64,000 nt of DNA from Gammaproteobacteria bacterium. GTDB lineage: Bacteria > Pseudomonadota > Gammaproteobacteria > JBCCGL01. The notes beneath the pieces are model-generated. The model was not told the origin of the DNA and searched no databases. It saw only the letters and a program-made list of their open reading frames with translations. The translations under genes and the position numbers were made by a program. Location of the stretch: assembly GCA_965277715.1 (NCBI GenBank), contig OZ255836.1, forward strand, positions 4,230,797-4,294,796, in the 5' to 3' direction. Each line of letters starts with the position of its first letter. The first letter of the stretch is position 1. Positions 9,396 through 19,370 of this stretch are shown piece after piece.

Positions 9396-11342
9396 ATGAA
9401 TACCCCATTATTATTTTCTAAATCCGGATTATTTTCCAAAACCGGCTTAATCGTCCTGGCCGTTGTCTGTGCTATCGCGATTGGCGTTATTAATCTCGCC
9501 TGGAATGGTGTGCGCATTGATCTCACTGAAAACAAACTGTACACCCTGTCTCAAGGGAGCCGGAATATTCTCGATGGGCTTGAACAGCCGGTTACCCTGC
9601 GCTTCTATTTTTCTGCCAGACAAACCGAATCTTCACCCGCCCTGCGTAACTATGCACGCCGTATTCAGGAATTACTGGAGGAGTATGCACAGTTTGGCGG
9701 TAGCAATATCGACCTGCGGGTTATCGACCCGGAGCCGTTTTCTGAAGAGGAAGATGCCGCCGATGCCTACGGCCTGCAAAAGGTGCGGCTCAGTGTGGGC
9801 GGGGATCAGTTATTAATGGGCCTGGTGGGTGAGCGCGAAGGTGGGCAGCCCGAGAGGATTGCCTTTTTTCACCCAGACCGTGAAGAATTTCTTGAGCAGG
9901 ATATCAGCAAGTTGATTTTTTCTGCCAGCCGGGGGCGCAAGCCGACGCTGGGAATTATGTCCAGCCTGAACGTCAACGGGGGTGTCGATTTGAACACCCG
10001 CCAACCCACCCCCGCCTGGGCGGCCATTACACAGCTACGCAGGCTCTACAACGTACTTAATATCAGCACCCTGGATAAAAGTATCGCTGATAACGTTGAT
10101 CTGTTGTTACTGATTCAGCCAGGTACTTTGCCAGAATCGGCACTGTACGCGATCGACCAATATGTTATGCGCGGCGGTAATGCGATTATTTTTACCGACC
10201 CAATGAGCGATATGGCACTTCTGCAGGGTGGTGCACCGGCTGTACCGGAGGCAGCGACATCGATTACCCGCTTGCTGGAGCACTGGGGGGTAAAAGTTGT
10301 GCGGGATAAGATTCTGGGCGATGCGCGCTATGCCCTCAGTGTGAGCCGTGGTGCCAACCAGACACCGATTCGCTACCTGGCCATTCAGGGTTATGGGCGT
10401 GCCAATTTCCCGCAGGACGATGTAATTACCAACAAGCTTGAAACCATTAACGTGGGCAGCACGGGGGTTATCGACGCACTGGCCGACAGCGATATCACGT
10501 TTACACCGCTGATTACTTCCAGCAACCAGAGCATGCCGATTGAGCGCAGCAAATTTGAACCAGCGCCAGACCCGGCCAGACTGCTCCAGGGTTTTACGCC
10601 AACGGGTAAAAAATACACCATAGCCGCACGCGTAACAGGCGATTTTAAAACCGCATTCCCGGAGGGTTATACACCGCCGGAACCGGAGAAAAGCGAAGAA
10701 GACCAGGCCAATAGCGAAGCGGACAGCGAGGCAAAAGTTGCGCAGGAAGCGGCGCAACTGCCCGAGCATATAGATGCTACTGCGCAGCCGGGTAATCTGA
10801 TTGTGGTCGCGGACTCAGACATCCTCAGCAACCGTTTGTGGGTGCGTGTGCAGGACTTTTTTGGTCAGCAAATCACCTCACCGTTCGCCGACAATGGCGA
10901 CTTTTTGCTAAACGCGGTGGACAACCTGTTAGGCAATGCCGATTTGATCAGCATTCGGGGGCGCAGCCGTTACTCACGCCCCTTCGAGGTGGTTGATGAA
11001 TTGCGCCGGGATGCAGATGCGCGTTTTCAAAACAAAGAGCGCGAGTTGTTGGTGCGGTTGCAGGAGGCGGAGAGAAAAATCGCCGAGCTACAGCAGAAAA
11101 AGCAGGGTGAAGAAGGCGCTTTAACCCTCAGTGAAGAGCAGGCCGAGACGGTGAAGGGTTTTCAGCAGGAGAAACTAAAAGTACGCAAGGAATTGCGTGA
11201 GGTGCGTCATCAACTGGGTAGCGATATTGATAATCTGGGTAGCTGGTTGAAGTTTATCAATATCGCCTTGATACCGATCCTGTTAACGCTTGGAATACTG
11301 TTGTTTAAGGTGGGTAGAAGAATCCGTTTGGTTCGTACCTAA
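9396..11342 (+). CDS. GldG-family ABC transporter auxiliary component
   Basis: RIDLTENKLYTLS, DPEPFSEEED, NGDFLLNAVDNL; C-terminal coiled coil and TM helix. Confidence 0.88.
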   Translation: MNTPLLFSKSGLFSKTGLIVLAVVCAIAIGVINLAWNGVRIDLTENKLYTLSQGSRNILDGLEQPVTLRFYFSARQTESSPALRNYARRIQELLEEYAQFGGSNIDLRVIDPEPFSEEEDAADAYGLQKVRLSVGGDQLLMGLVGEREGGQPERIAFFHPDREEFLEQDISKLIFSASRGRKPTLGIMSSLNVNGGVDLNTRQPTPAWAAITQLRRLYNVLNISTLDKSIADNVDLLLLIQPGTLPESALYAIDQYVMRGGNAIIFTDPMSDMALLQGGAPAVPEAATSITRLLEHWGVKVVRDKILGDARYALSVSRGANQTPIRYLAIQGYGRANFPQDDVITNKLETINVGSTGVIDALADSDITFTPLITSSNQSMPIERSKFEPAPDPARLLQGFTPTGKKYTIAARVTGDFKTAFPEGYTPPEPEKSEEDQANSEADSEAKVAQEAAQLPEHIDATAQPGNLIVVADSDILSNRLWVRVQDFFGQQITSPFADNGDFLLNAVDNLLGNADLISIRGRSRYSRPFEVVDELRRDADARFQNKERELLVRLQEAERKIAELQQKKQGEEGALTLSEEQAETVKGFQQEKLKVRKELREVRHQLGSDIDNLGSWLKFINIALIPILLTLGILLFKVGRRIRLVRT

Positions 11343-11371
11343 AAGAGCCATAACCGGGATAATCGGGGGGG

Positions 11372-11848
11372 CTAGGAAGCTTTATAGTCCCCTGATTTAC
11401 CGCCTGATTTTTCCAGCAAACGCACCGATTGGATCACCATGCCCCGGTCGACTGCCTTGCACATATCGTAGATTGTCAGCAGCGCTACCTGCACGGCATT
11501 GAGCGCTTCCATTTCCACGCCGGTACGGCCATGTGTTTCGGTGCGTGCGGTGCAGTTAATGGCGTTTCGCGCTGTATCGTGGGTAAAGCTGACTTCGGCG
11601 TGGTTTAACCCAATTGGATGGCACAGCGGGATAAGTTCCGCTGTCTTCTTTGATGCCATAATCCCCGCCACGCGGGCAATGCCGAGCACATCCCCTTTTT
11701 TGTGGTCGCCCGCGAGTATCATCTGCAAAGTAGTGGCCTGCATCAAAATCTCACCACCTGCAACGGCAATGCGTCGGGTAACGTCTTTGGCGCCGACATC
11801 GACCATATGTGCCTCGCCTTGGGTATTAAAATGGGTGAGTCTGGACAT
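11372..11848 (-). CDS. moaC: Cyclic pyranopterin monophosphate synthase
   Basis: [46 protein letters not shown]. Confidence 0.96.
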   Translation of the reverse strand: MSRLTHFNTQGEAHMVDVGAKDVTRRIAVAGGEILMQATTLQMILAGDHKKGDVLGIARVAGIMASKKTAELIPLCHPIGLNHAEVSFTHDTARNAINCTARTETHGRTGVEMEALNAVQVALLTIYDMCKAVDRGMVIQSVRLLEKSGGKSGDYKAS

Positions 11849-11977
11849 TTTTTCTTCGCCTATTTAGAGGGTGCCGGAAAACATTGCGAGCGCGGTAGCT
11901 TCCCGGCACTCTCTGTAATTGATCGTCAACTTAACGCATACTACAGATACATTGGCCTTATATTCAAACAACAATCG

Positions 11978-12211
11978 ATGACAATCCAGGTAAAATTTTT
12001 CGCCAGCCTGCGCGAGACACTCAATCTTTCCCACATTCAACTCGAATCATCGGAGTCGCTTGATGCCCACGCAGTGTGGGTACAGGCAACCGACAACACC
12101 CCCATGCCAGAAAATACCCTGTGTGCTGTCAACCTGTCACACGTTGAGTTGGAACACCTAGTGTGTGATGGCGATGAAGTGGCTTTTTTCCCGCCAGTAA
12201 CCGGGGGGTGA
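11978..12211 (+). CDS. moaD: Molybdopterin synthase sulfur carrier subunit
   Basis: MTIQVKFFASLRE...GDEVAFFPPVTGG. The real start is ATG 11978, not the longer ORF-track start. Confidence 0.93.
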   Translation: MTIQVKFFASLRETLNLSHIQLESSESLDAHAVWVQATDNTPMPENTLCAVNLSHVELEHLVCDGDEVAFFPPVTGG

Positions 12212-12212
12212 T

Positions 12213-12650
12213 ATGGCGGTTCAGCTTTTTTCTGCCCCGTTTGATCCCTATGCACTGTTACAGACCTGGCAGGCTGATGCGCTGGAGGCCGGGTGTTTTG
12301 GCGCCACGGCCAGTTTTGTGGGCAGCATGCGTGACTTTAATCAAAACGATACTGTGCGGGCGATGACGCTGGAACACTACCCCGGTATGACCGAGGGTCA
12401 GCTTGAGTCGATTGTCGAGGACGCCAAACAAAAATGGCCACTGCTCGATGCATTGATCGCACACCGTATTGGTGAAATCAGCCCCGGTGAGCCGATTGTG
12501 CTCACTGTGTGTTGGTCGGCGCACCGTGCTGCTGCGTTTGATGCCTGTCGGTTTTTGATGGAGGCGTTGAAATCGCGGGCGCCGTTTTGGAAGAAGGAAA
12601 CGCTGGAGGGCGATGCTACCCGTTGGGTTTCGGGTAATACGATTGGTTAG
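12213..12650 (+). CDS. moaE: Molybdopterin synthase catalytic subunit
   Basis: LEHYPGMTE, HRIG, SAHRAAAF, LKSRAPFWKKE. Confidence 0.95.
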   Translation: MAVQLFSAPFDPYALLQTWQADALEAGCFGATASFVGSMRDFNQNDTVRAMTLEHYPGMTEGQLESIVEDAKQKWPLLDALIAHRIGEISPGEPIVLTVCWSAHRAAAFDACRFLMEALKSRAPFWKKETLEGDATRWVSGNTIG

Positions 12651-12656
12651 ATGTGC

Positions 12657-12759
12657 ATGTATTAACTTGCACACAAGTCAATATATGATGTCTGACGTAT
12701 TAGCCAATAATTGTTCCAGAAAAAAGCGCTCTGGAACAATTAGTTGCAAGTTAATACAT
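12657..12759. repeat. Palindromic MITE-like element, family D, with internal hairpin (possible bidirectional terminator)
   Basis: Perfect 15-bp IR ATGTATTAACTTGCA / TGCAAGTTAATACAT enclosing a 13-bp stem TAATTGTTCCAGA-N9-TCTGGAACAATTA (12708-12742), between convergent genes. Confidence 0.65.
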
Positions 12760-12763
12760 ATCA

Positions 12764-12870
12764 GGAGCCTGTCGGATTCAGGACTGCTCTATTGCGGAAA
12801 AACTGATTTGGCCCTTTTTTGTGCGTCCATTTCTTGCGTACTACCCCGTTAAATAGAACCACTATATTCC
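12764..12870. mobile_element. Truncated MITE family A copy
   Basis: GGAGCCTGTCGGATTCAGGACTGCTCTATTGCGGAAAA matches 636-673. No right end is visible, so the end coordinate is approximate. Confidence 0.55.
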
Positions 12871-13737
12871 TCAATAAAGCACATCAAGCGGAATCTTGAG
12901 ATACACAATCCCATTACCCTCTGCCACCGGTAACCTACCCGCACGCATATTGACTTGCACAGAAGGTAAAAGCAGCTTAGGCACGGTCGAATCGTCATCT
13001 CGTTTTTTGCGTATTGCTACAAAATCACGCTGGGTCACGCCGCCGCCAAAATGGATATTGTGGTTGCGCTCGTCAGCTACAGTGGTTTCCCATTGATAAT
13101 GATCTCTGCCAGAAGGCAGGTAGTCGTGGCACATAAACAGGCGGGTTTCATCTGGCAGCGCCAATACTCTTTGGATTGATCGATACAATGCATCCGCATC
13201 ACCGCCAGGAAAGTCGGTGCGGGCGGTGCCAAAATCCGGCATGAACAAGGTATCGCCAACAAAGGCGGCATCGCCAATCACATAAGTTGAGCACGCAGGT
13301 GTATGGCCGGGTGTAAACAGTACCTTTGCACACAGATCACCAATCTGAAAACATTCTTCATCCTCAAACAGATGGTCGAACTGCGAACCGTCAGTGGCGA
13401 ATTCCGGCCCTGCGTTAAAGAGGTTTTTGAAGGCCGACTGCACCTCGGTAATACGCGAGCCAATCGCAACTTTACCGCCCAATGTCTCGGCCAAATAGGG
13501 GGCTGCTGTTAAGTGGTCTGCGTGTACATGTGTTTCCAGAATCCACTGAACGGAAAGGTTTTGGTTGCGCACGTACTCGACAAGCTTATCTGAAGATTCG
13601 GTACTCGTGCACCCGGAGGCAGGGTCATAATTCAGAACCGGGTCGATAATGGCGCAATGTTTGCCATTGGGTTCGGACACAACATAGCTGATCGTATGGC
13701 TGGCTGCGTCGAAGAAGGCTTCAATCACTGGGCTCAT
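12871..13737 (-). CDS. MBL-fold metallo-hydrolase, persulfide dioxygenase (Blh/ETHE1-like)
   Basis: LETHVHADHLTAA, TPGHTPAC, GDTLFMPDFGTARTDFPGG, MCHDY, LLLPSVQVNMRAG. Confidence 0.88.
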   Translation of the reverse strand: MSPVIEAFFDAASHTISYVVSEPNGKHCAIIDPVLNYDPASGCTSTESSDKLVEYVRNQNLSVQWILETHVHADHLTAAPYLAETLGGKVAIGSRITEVQSAFKNLFNAGPEFATDGSQFDHLFEDEECFQIGDLCAKVLFTPGHTPACSTYVIGDAAFVGDTLFMPDFGTARTDFPGGDADALYRSIQRVLALPDETRLFMCHDYLPSGRDHYQWETTVADERNHNIHFGGGVTQRDFVAIRKKRDDDSTVPKLLLPSVQVNMRAGRLPVAEGNGIVYLKIPLDVLY

Positions 13738-14031
13738 AAGTTTTATTTGCCTTTAGTAATAGTCAGTATGACTATTTATTATAAGCGTATTCTAAAAAAA
13801 TATAATTCTGAAACTGTAAATATACCCCTTTCAGAATAAGGTAAACGGTGTACTTAGGAGTCTGGTGCTGATTGCTGGTAGTATGAGATTGTGCTTTTGA
13901 ATGTATTGCTTACTTATTCAGTACGCCGCCGGTTCTGAATTGATGCGTTATCGGTTTCGGTAAGTTAACTTTGATAACCTTACTATATCAATCGATGCAA
14001 CGTCGGCGGTGTACCGGGACAACAACGGCCA

Positions 14032-15441
14032 TTATTTTAACAATACAAAATAAGCCCGATTGCCACGTTGAATATTGAGCAGAATTTCACCGTTCGGCCC
14101 CGCATCAATCACCCGCTTCATATCATCAACATCACTAATGCGCGCCCGATTAATTGACAACACAATGTCATCCTCGCGTATGCCCGATTGTGCTGCCGGG
14201 CTGCCCGGTTCAACGCTTTCTATGACGACATAACGCACCGTTTGGTAACGGTCTTTTTTCTCCACGTCGACAAACACAGCACCCGATAGCAACGGTGAGG
14301 CGCTGACACCTCTCAATACCCTGCGCTGCTGCGCTTCAATCGTCGCGTTGACCACGCGCTCGACACCCCCGCGCACCACTTTCATCTTCACTGTCTGGCC
14401 AACCCGCAATAAGCCAATGGTATTTTTAATATCGTTGCTGTAACGCACCCGGCGGCCATCGACTGCGGTGAGTACATCGCCCGTCTGTAAACCGGCCCGC
14501 GATGCAGGGGAGTCTGGTTCCACCTGAACAATGACAACGCCCCTTTTAATATCCAGGCCGAATGCCTGCGCCAATTGACCGGTCAACTCCTGCACGGCAA
14601 TGCCCAGTCGCCCCCGGCGGACTTCGCCAAATTCGATAAGCTGCTGCATGATCTGCCGCGCCATATTGGCCGGAATGGCGAAGCCAATACCGATATTGCC
14701 ACCGTTAGGCCCGAGGATAGCGGTGTTGATACCGACCAGGCTCCCGCGCAAATCGATCAAAGCACCCCCTGAGTTCCCCGGATTAATTGAGGCGTCGGTC
14801 TGGATAAAGTCTTCAAAATCCTCAATGCCCAACCCCGAGCGGGACAAGGCGCTGACAATACCTGAGGTAACCGTCTGGCCCAGGCCAAATGGATTGCCGA
14901 TGGCGACGACAAAATCCCCGACGCGCAGTGTGTCTGAGTCAGCCCAGTCCAACGCGGTTAAATCATCCGCAGGGATCTGTATCACCGCGACATCGGCGAG
15001 TGGGTCGCTACCCACTTTGCGTGCGCTTAGCTCGCGCCCATCGGTCAGGGTCACGGTGATCTCGCTGGCATTTTCGATCACATGGTGGTTGGTCAGAATT
15101 AAACCCTCGTCGGCGTCGACGATCACGCCAGAGCCAAGGCTTTGGGTTGGCCGTTCACGGGAAGGGCTTGGCAAATCAAAAAAACGCCGAAAAAACGGAT
15201 CTTCAAACAGTGGGTTGCTGCGTACCCGCACCGAGCCACGGGTGGCGATATTGACGACGGCGGGCGTGGTTTTTTCCAGTATGGGTGCCAGGCTGGGCAG
15301 AGGCTGCCCTTCAATGACAGTCGGCAGGGCAGCCCATAATGGTGATGTAAAGAGAGCGAGGCAGGGGATTCCGCAGTGGTATAAGCAGGCGATGGGCAAT
15401 GCAATGAATCTATTTGTTTGCATAAGATACTCAGTAAACAA
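14032..15441 (-). CDS. degQ: DegQ/DegP-family periplasmic serine endoprotease with two PDZ domains
   Basis: SLGSGVIV, TNHHV, DASINPGNSGGAL; two PDZ-like C-terminal segments. Exact start uncertain. Confidence 0.9.
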   Translation of the reverse strand: MFTEYLMQTNRFIALPIACLYHCGIPCLALFTSPLWAALPTVIEGQPLPSLAPILEKTTPAVVNIATRGSVRVRSNPLFEDPFFRRFFDLPSPSRERPTQSLGSGVIVDADEGLILTNHHVIENASEITVTLTDGRELSARKVGSDPLADVAVIQIPADDLTALDWADSDTLRVGDFVVAIGNPFGLGQTVTSGIVSALSRSGLGIEDFEDFIQTDASINPGNSGGALIDLRGSLVGINTAILGPNGGNIGIGFAIPANMARQIMQQLIEFGEVRRGRLGIAVQELTGQLAQAFGLDIKRGVVIVQVEPDSPASRAGLQTGDVLTAVDGRRVRYSNDIKNTIGLLRVGQTVKMKVVRGGVERVVNATIEAQQRRVLRGVSASPLLSGAVFVDVEKKDRYQTVRYVVIESVEPGSPAAQSGIREDDIVLSINRARISDVDDMKRVIDAGPNGEILLNIQRGNRAYFVLLK

Positions 15442-15597
15442 ACCGTCTATGCATTATAGAACGCCGCTCGAATCCAATCAGTAAAATTAACTTTTCCTGA
15501 ATCTGTGCGAGACAAACTTTCACTTTAACGATACGCTGCAGGCTGTAGCGATTTTTATACCCAAGTACACATCGGTCACGCAGTTTTCCACACACTT

Positions 15598-18186
15598 ATG
15601 TTTAAAACCCTCCAATCCGTTGCGGCATTATTGCTTAGTTTCGGTCTGTTTATTATGGCCAATGGCCTATTCTCCACACTGCTCGGCGTGCGTACCACCA
15701 TTGAGGGATTCTCTGCGGGGATGGCGGGTTTAATCGTCGCCTGCTATTTTTTTGGCCTGCTTATTGGGGCGCGTTACGCGGTGCGCTTTGTCGGTGTCGG
15801 TGGCTATATCCGCACCTTTGCGGCATTTGCCTCGGTAATGTCGATCTCGGCTTTATTGCATGTGATTTGGGTCGACCCTTACGCGTGGATGGCGATGCGT
15901 ATGCTGTCGGGGTTTTGTATGGCCGGGTTGGTGATGATTACCGAGAGCTGGCTCAATCAGCGTGCCAATAACGCCATGCGTGGGCAGTTACTGTCATTTT
16001 ATATGATCACCAACTACCTCGGTGGTGGTTGTGGTCAGTTTTTACTGCCGCTGGCTGACCCTGAAAAATTTCACCTGTTCAGCCTGGTCTCCATTTTGTT
16101 TTCGCTGGCATTAATTCCCGTTTTGATGACGCGCTCCAAGGCACCGCCACCGCCAAAACCGATGCCGATCAACCTGCGGGCACTGTTTCGCCTGTCGCCA
16201 GTAGGGGTATTCGGCGCGTTTTGTGCCGGTTGGATCAGCGCGACGAATAACGGTTTGTTGCCGGTATTCACCCGCGAAATCGGCATGACGATAAACGGCA
16301 CTTCAGTGTTTATGTTTTGCCTGATTTTTAGCGGGCTGTTACTACAGTGGCCTATCGGCAAACTGTCCGACCGTATGGACCGCCGCCGCGTATTGCTGAT
16401 TGTGGCCTCGGTAACACTGGTTTCCAGCGGTTTGATGTTTGTCGCGGTATATACCCGTGATCAATTTGGTTTTACGCCGTTGTTTATACTGGCGGCAGTG
16501 TACGGCAGTACGTTTTACACCCTCTACTCGATCAGCTCTGCACATATCGCCGATAACGCCTCGGCGGCGGGCGCTAGCATGGTAACCGTGGCCAGCGGTA
16601 TTTTGGTGGTGTACGGCAGCGGTGCGATTATTGGCCCGATTGTCGTAGGGCAGGTAATGACTGTGCTGGGGCCACAGGGCATCTTTTTTACCATTGGCGC
16701 GATATTACTGTTGTTGTGTTTATACGTGGTGTATCGCCGCAATCGCCGTGTCGCGGTCAACGACAGCGAGAAACAGCCCTTTATACCGATGCCCGGCACG
16801 CAATTTACCGGGGCTGGGTTGTACAGCGCTGCCCGCCGGGAAGTTGACCGCGCCTTTTCAAAGCTGACCAGTGGCTTTGGATTGCGCGAACATTCAGACG
16901 ACCCTACACTGGCGGCTTCACCGCCACAGCCAGCCGGAAATAACACCATGAGCCGCATCACCTCCTACCCCAAAGACCACTGGTCATTACAAGTGGATAT
17001 TCCCTACAGCATGGGGGTAAAACAGGGTGGCTTAATTTTTCTCAGCGGGCAGGCGGATTTACGCGGTAATGGCGAGGTATGCCATCCTGGTGATCTATTG
17101 AAACAGACGGCAGCGGCGATTGCCCATATCAAGACACTGTTTGCCGACCTTGGTAGCGACAGTGAAAAACTGGTTAAGCTCACAGTGTTTTATGTCAACC
17201 GTGGTGATGTCGACCAGGGCGCGTATCAAGCAGAGATTGCCCGCTTACTCGGCACGCACAACCAGCCAGTGGTTGCGATGGTGCCACTGAGTCATTTCTT
17301 CTATCCCGGTGCGCTGGTTGAAATCGACGCAGTGGGTGTCGATTCGGTGGCACCGCGCCAATACGTTGCCGACCCGGCCTATGGCCCGGTGACACTTGGG
17401 TTAAGCCAGGCCTTGCGTTGTGGTGAGTATATTTTTATCGGTGGTACAACGGCGATAAGTGCCGATGGTACGGTGCAACACCCCGACGATAGCGTGCAAC
17501 AAACGCATCAGGTATTGGCCCGGCTTGAACGCTTGCTCGGTGAATTTGGGGCGGACAGGCGTGACCTGGTTAAGCTGAATAACTGGTTTGTTATTGCCGG
17601 TAATGCTGAAGAATGGTCGCAGAGTGCACAGGTGCGCGCTGATTTTTACCCCGAGCCTGGGCCGGTCGCGACCGGCCATCCACTGCAAACCCTCGGTGCG
17701 CTAGGGCTTGCCATCAGCACCGATTGCTGGGCGATGCTCGGCGAGGATGGCAGCCGCATACCTAAACAACACGCCTGGCCTGAAGGGCACTGGGACTGGC
17801 CGATTCATTTGCCGTTCAAGCACGGCTTGATGTGCCCTTTAAGTACAGGTGGCAAGCTGATTTTTATGGGGGGGCAGGTATCGCTCGATCAGCAGGCCAA
17901 TGTAATTGACCCCGGCAAACTGGCGGAACAAACGCGCACCAGCATGGAAAATATTGGCAAAGTACTGGCTGAGTTCGATGCGGGTTATGCCGATATTTTG
18001 AAATTGAACACCTGGTATCAGGGGAATAATGACCCTGATACAGACGCGGAGGCGCTGCATACCAGTGTGAATACCCGCTCTGCGTACTTCCAAAAACCCG
18101 GCCCGGCGTCGACGGGTATACCTTTAGATAATTTATCTTATGAGGATATGCTGACCGAAACTGAGGTGGTGGCCTACCTGGAATAG
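15598..18186 (+). CDS. MFS transporter (YcaD-like) fused in frame to three tandem Rid/YjgF-family domains
   Basis: aa 1-~420: 12-TM MFS with ITESWLN and QWPIGKLSDRMDRRRV. From aa 451 (ATG 16948): three repeats containing IFLSGQ, IFIGGT and IFMGGQ. No stop codon between the two parts. Confidence 0.8.
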   Translation: MFKTLQSVAALLLSFGLFIMANGLFSTLLGVRTTIEGFSAGMAGLIVACYFFGLLIGARYAVRFVGVGGYIRTFAAFASVMSISALLHVIWVDPYAWMAMRMLSGFCMAGLVMITESWLNQRANNAMRGQLLSFYMITNYLGGGCGQFLLPLADPEKFHLFSLVSILFSLALIPVLMTRSKAPPPPKPMPINLRALFRLSPVGVFGAFCAGWISATNNGLLPVFTREIGMTINGTSVFMFCLIFSGLLLQWPIGKLSDRMDRRRVLLIVASVTLVSSGLMFVAVYTRDQFGFTPLFILAAVYGSTFYTLYSISSAHIADNASAAGASMVTVASGILVVYGSGAIIGPIVVGQVMTVLGPQGIFFTIGAILLLLCLYVVYRRNRRVAVNDSEKQPFIPMPGTQFTGAGLYSAARREVDRAFSKLTSGFGLREHSDDPTLAASPPQPAGNNTMSRITSYPKDHWSLQVDIPYSMGVKQGGLIFLSGQADLRGNGEVCHPGDLLKQTAAAIAHIKTLFADLGSDSEKLVKLTVFYVNRGDVDQGAYQAEIARLLGTHNQPVVAMVPLSHFFYPGALVEIDAVGVDSVAPRQYVADPAYGPVTLGLSQALRCGEYIFIGGTTAISADGTVQHPDDSVQQTHQVLARLERLLGEFGADRRDLVKLNNWFVIAGNAEEWSQSAQVRADFYPEPGPVATGHPLQTLGALGLAISTDCWAMLGEDGSRIPKQHAWPEGHWDWPIHLPFKHGLMCPLSTGGKLIFMGGQVSLDQQANVIDPGKLAEQTRTSMENIGKVLAEFDAGYADILKLNTWYQGNNDPDTDAEALHTSVNTRSAYFQKPGPASTGIPLDNLSYEDMLTETEVVAYLE

Positions 18187-18398
18187 TGAAGAGGCTAATC
18201 GAATTTTTCGATGCCATAAAAGTAGCAACTGTACCTAACTTAGAGAAGGCTTGGTAGAGTGGTTTGAACTGAACGGTGATAGTCCTTTTTTTTAGTATTA
18301 TTTTGGAGTTGTCTTCTACAGAGTGCCCTCTCTGAATTGAATTAGCGCTGTTCTGCATTATTAAAAAATAACCCTAAACAATCAGATAGGGAAAAGTT

Positions 18399-19370
18399 AT
18401 GCCTTCAACACGAAACCAGATGATCGACTTTATTCAACGAGGAAATATCGAACCTGAGCATGTTGATGCTGCGCTTGCCGTCTCAGGCATTAGGCCCAGC
18501 CCAAAGAGCTGGCGCCAGTTCCTTGAACGGTTATCAGTGGTGCTGGGGGGGCTATCACTGGCTTTCGCGCTGATGTTTTTGGTCGCTTATAACTGGGGGA
18601 GCATTGGTCGGTTCGAAAAATTCGGGTTGGTTCAACTCTCGATTGTGCTTGCGATTGGCGGTTACTGGAAACTGGGTGCCGACACACTTTCGGCAAAAAT
18701 TTCACTACTGGTCGGCTCGATTCTGATCGGTGTACTCCTTGCGTTATATGGCCAGACATACCAAACCGGTGTCGACCCCTGGCAACTCTTTTTTAGCTGG
18801 GCGCTTTTGTTATTGCCCTGGGCGTTACTGGGGCGGTTCGCCGCCCTCTGGGTCGTTTGGCTATTACTCATTAACCTGAGTTTAGTGTTATACCACCAAC
18901 CGATCCACAGGGGGGTTTGGTTTCCCTTTGAACTTGAGGTCGATTCGTTATGGATATTGTTTATTTTTAACAGCTTTGCATTACTAATCTGGGAGCTTGC
19001 CGCTGGCTATTTCCGATGGCTTTCGGCGCGATGGCCCACACGGTTATTGGCAGTGATGAGTGGGGTTTTAATTACCTGGCTGGTAGTGATGGCCATATTT
19101 GATAATAGTGATGCCCACAGCCCCGGTGTTTTAGTGTGGTTGATCTGGGTGCCGGTTATTTATTTTACCTATCGCACACTTCAACCTGATCTCTTTATGC
19201 TTGCGGGCATGTGTTTGTCGGGCATTACAATTATCGTTTCGGTTCTGTTGTGGCTTACGGTCGATGGTCTCGAAGAAGGTGGTTTCCTGTTGATTGCGAT
19301 CACTTTAATCGGCTTGAGCAGTGGTGCGACGCTCTGGTTAAAAGGCATTCATCGGGGGTGGCAGTCATGA
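18399..19370 (+). CDS. DUF2157-family membrane protein
   Basis: FLVAYNWGSIGRFEKF and LALYGQTYQTGVDPWQLFFSW; first gene of the DUF2157-DUF4401-GDYXXLXY triad. Confidence 0.82.
   Translation: MPSTRNQMIDFIQRGNIEPEHVDAALAVSGIRPSPKSWRQFLERLSVVLGGLSLAFALMFLVAYNWGSIGRFEKFGLVQLSIVLAIGGYWKLGADTLSAKISLLVGSILIGVLLALYGQTYQTGVDPWQLFFSWALLLLPWALLGRFAALWVVWLLLINLSLVLYHQPIHRGVWFPFELEVDSLWILFIFNSFALLIWELAAGYFRWLSARWPTRLLAVMSGVLITWLVVMAIFDNSDAHSPGVLVWLIWVPVIYFTYRTLQPDLFMLAGMCLSGITIIVSVLLWLTVDGLEEGGFLLIAITLIGLSSGATLWLKGIHRGWQS

Noticed and set aside
11702-11977. Long N-terminal extension of moaD (169-aa ORF)
   Set aside because: It overlaps moaC on the opposite strand; MoaD homology begins at ATG 11978.
14600-15484. 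294-aa antisense ORF (also 24427-25251, 10107-10769 and many shorter ones)
   Set aside because: These are shadows of well-supported genes on the opposite strand, with no recognisable motifs.
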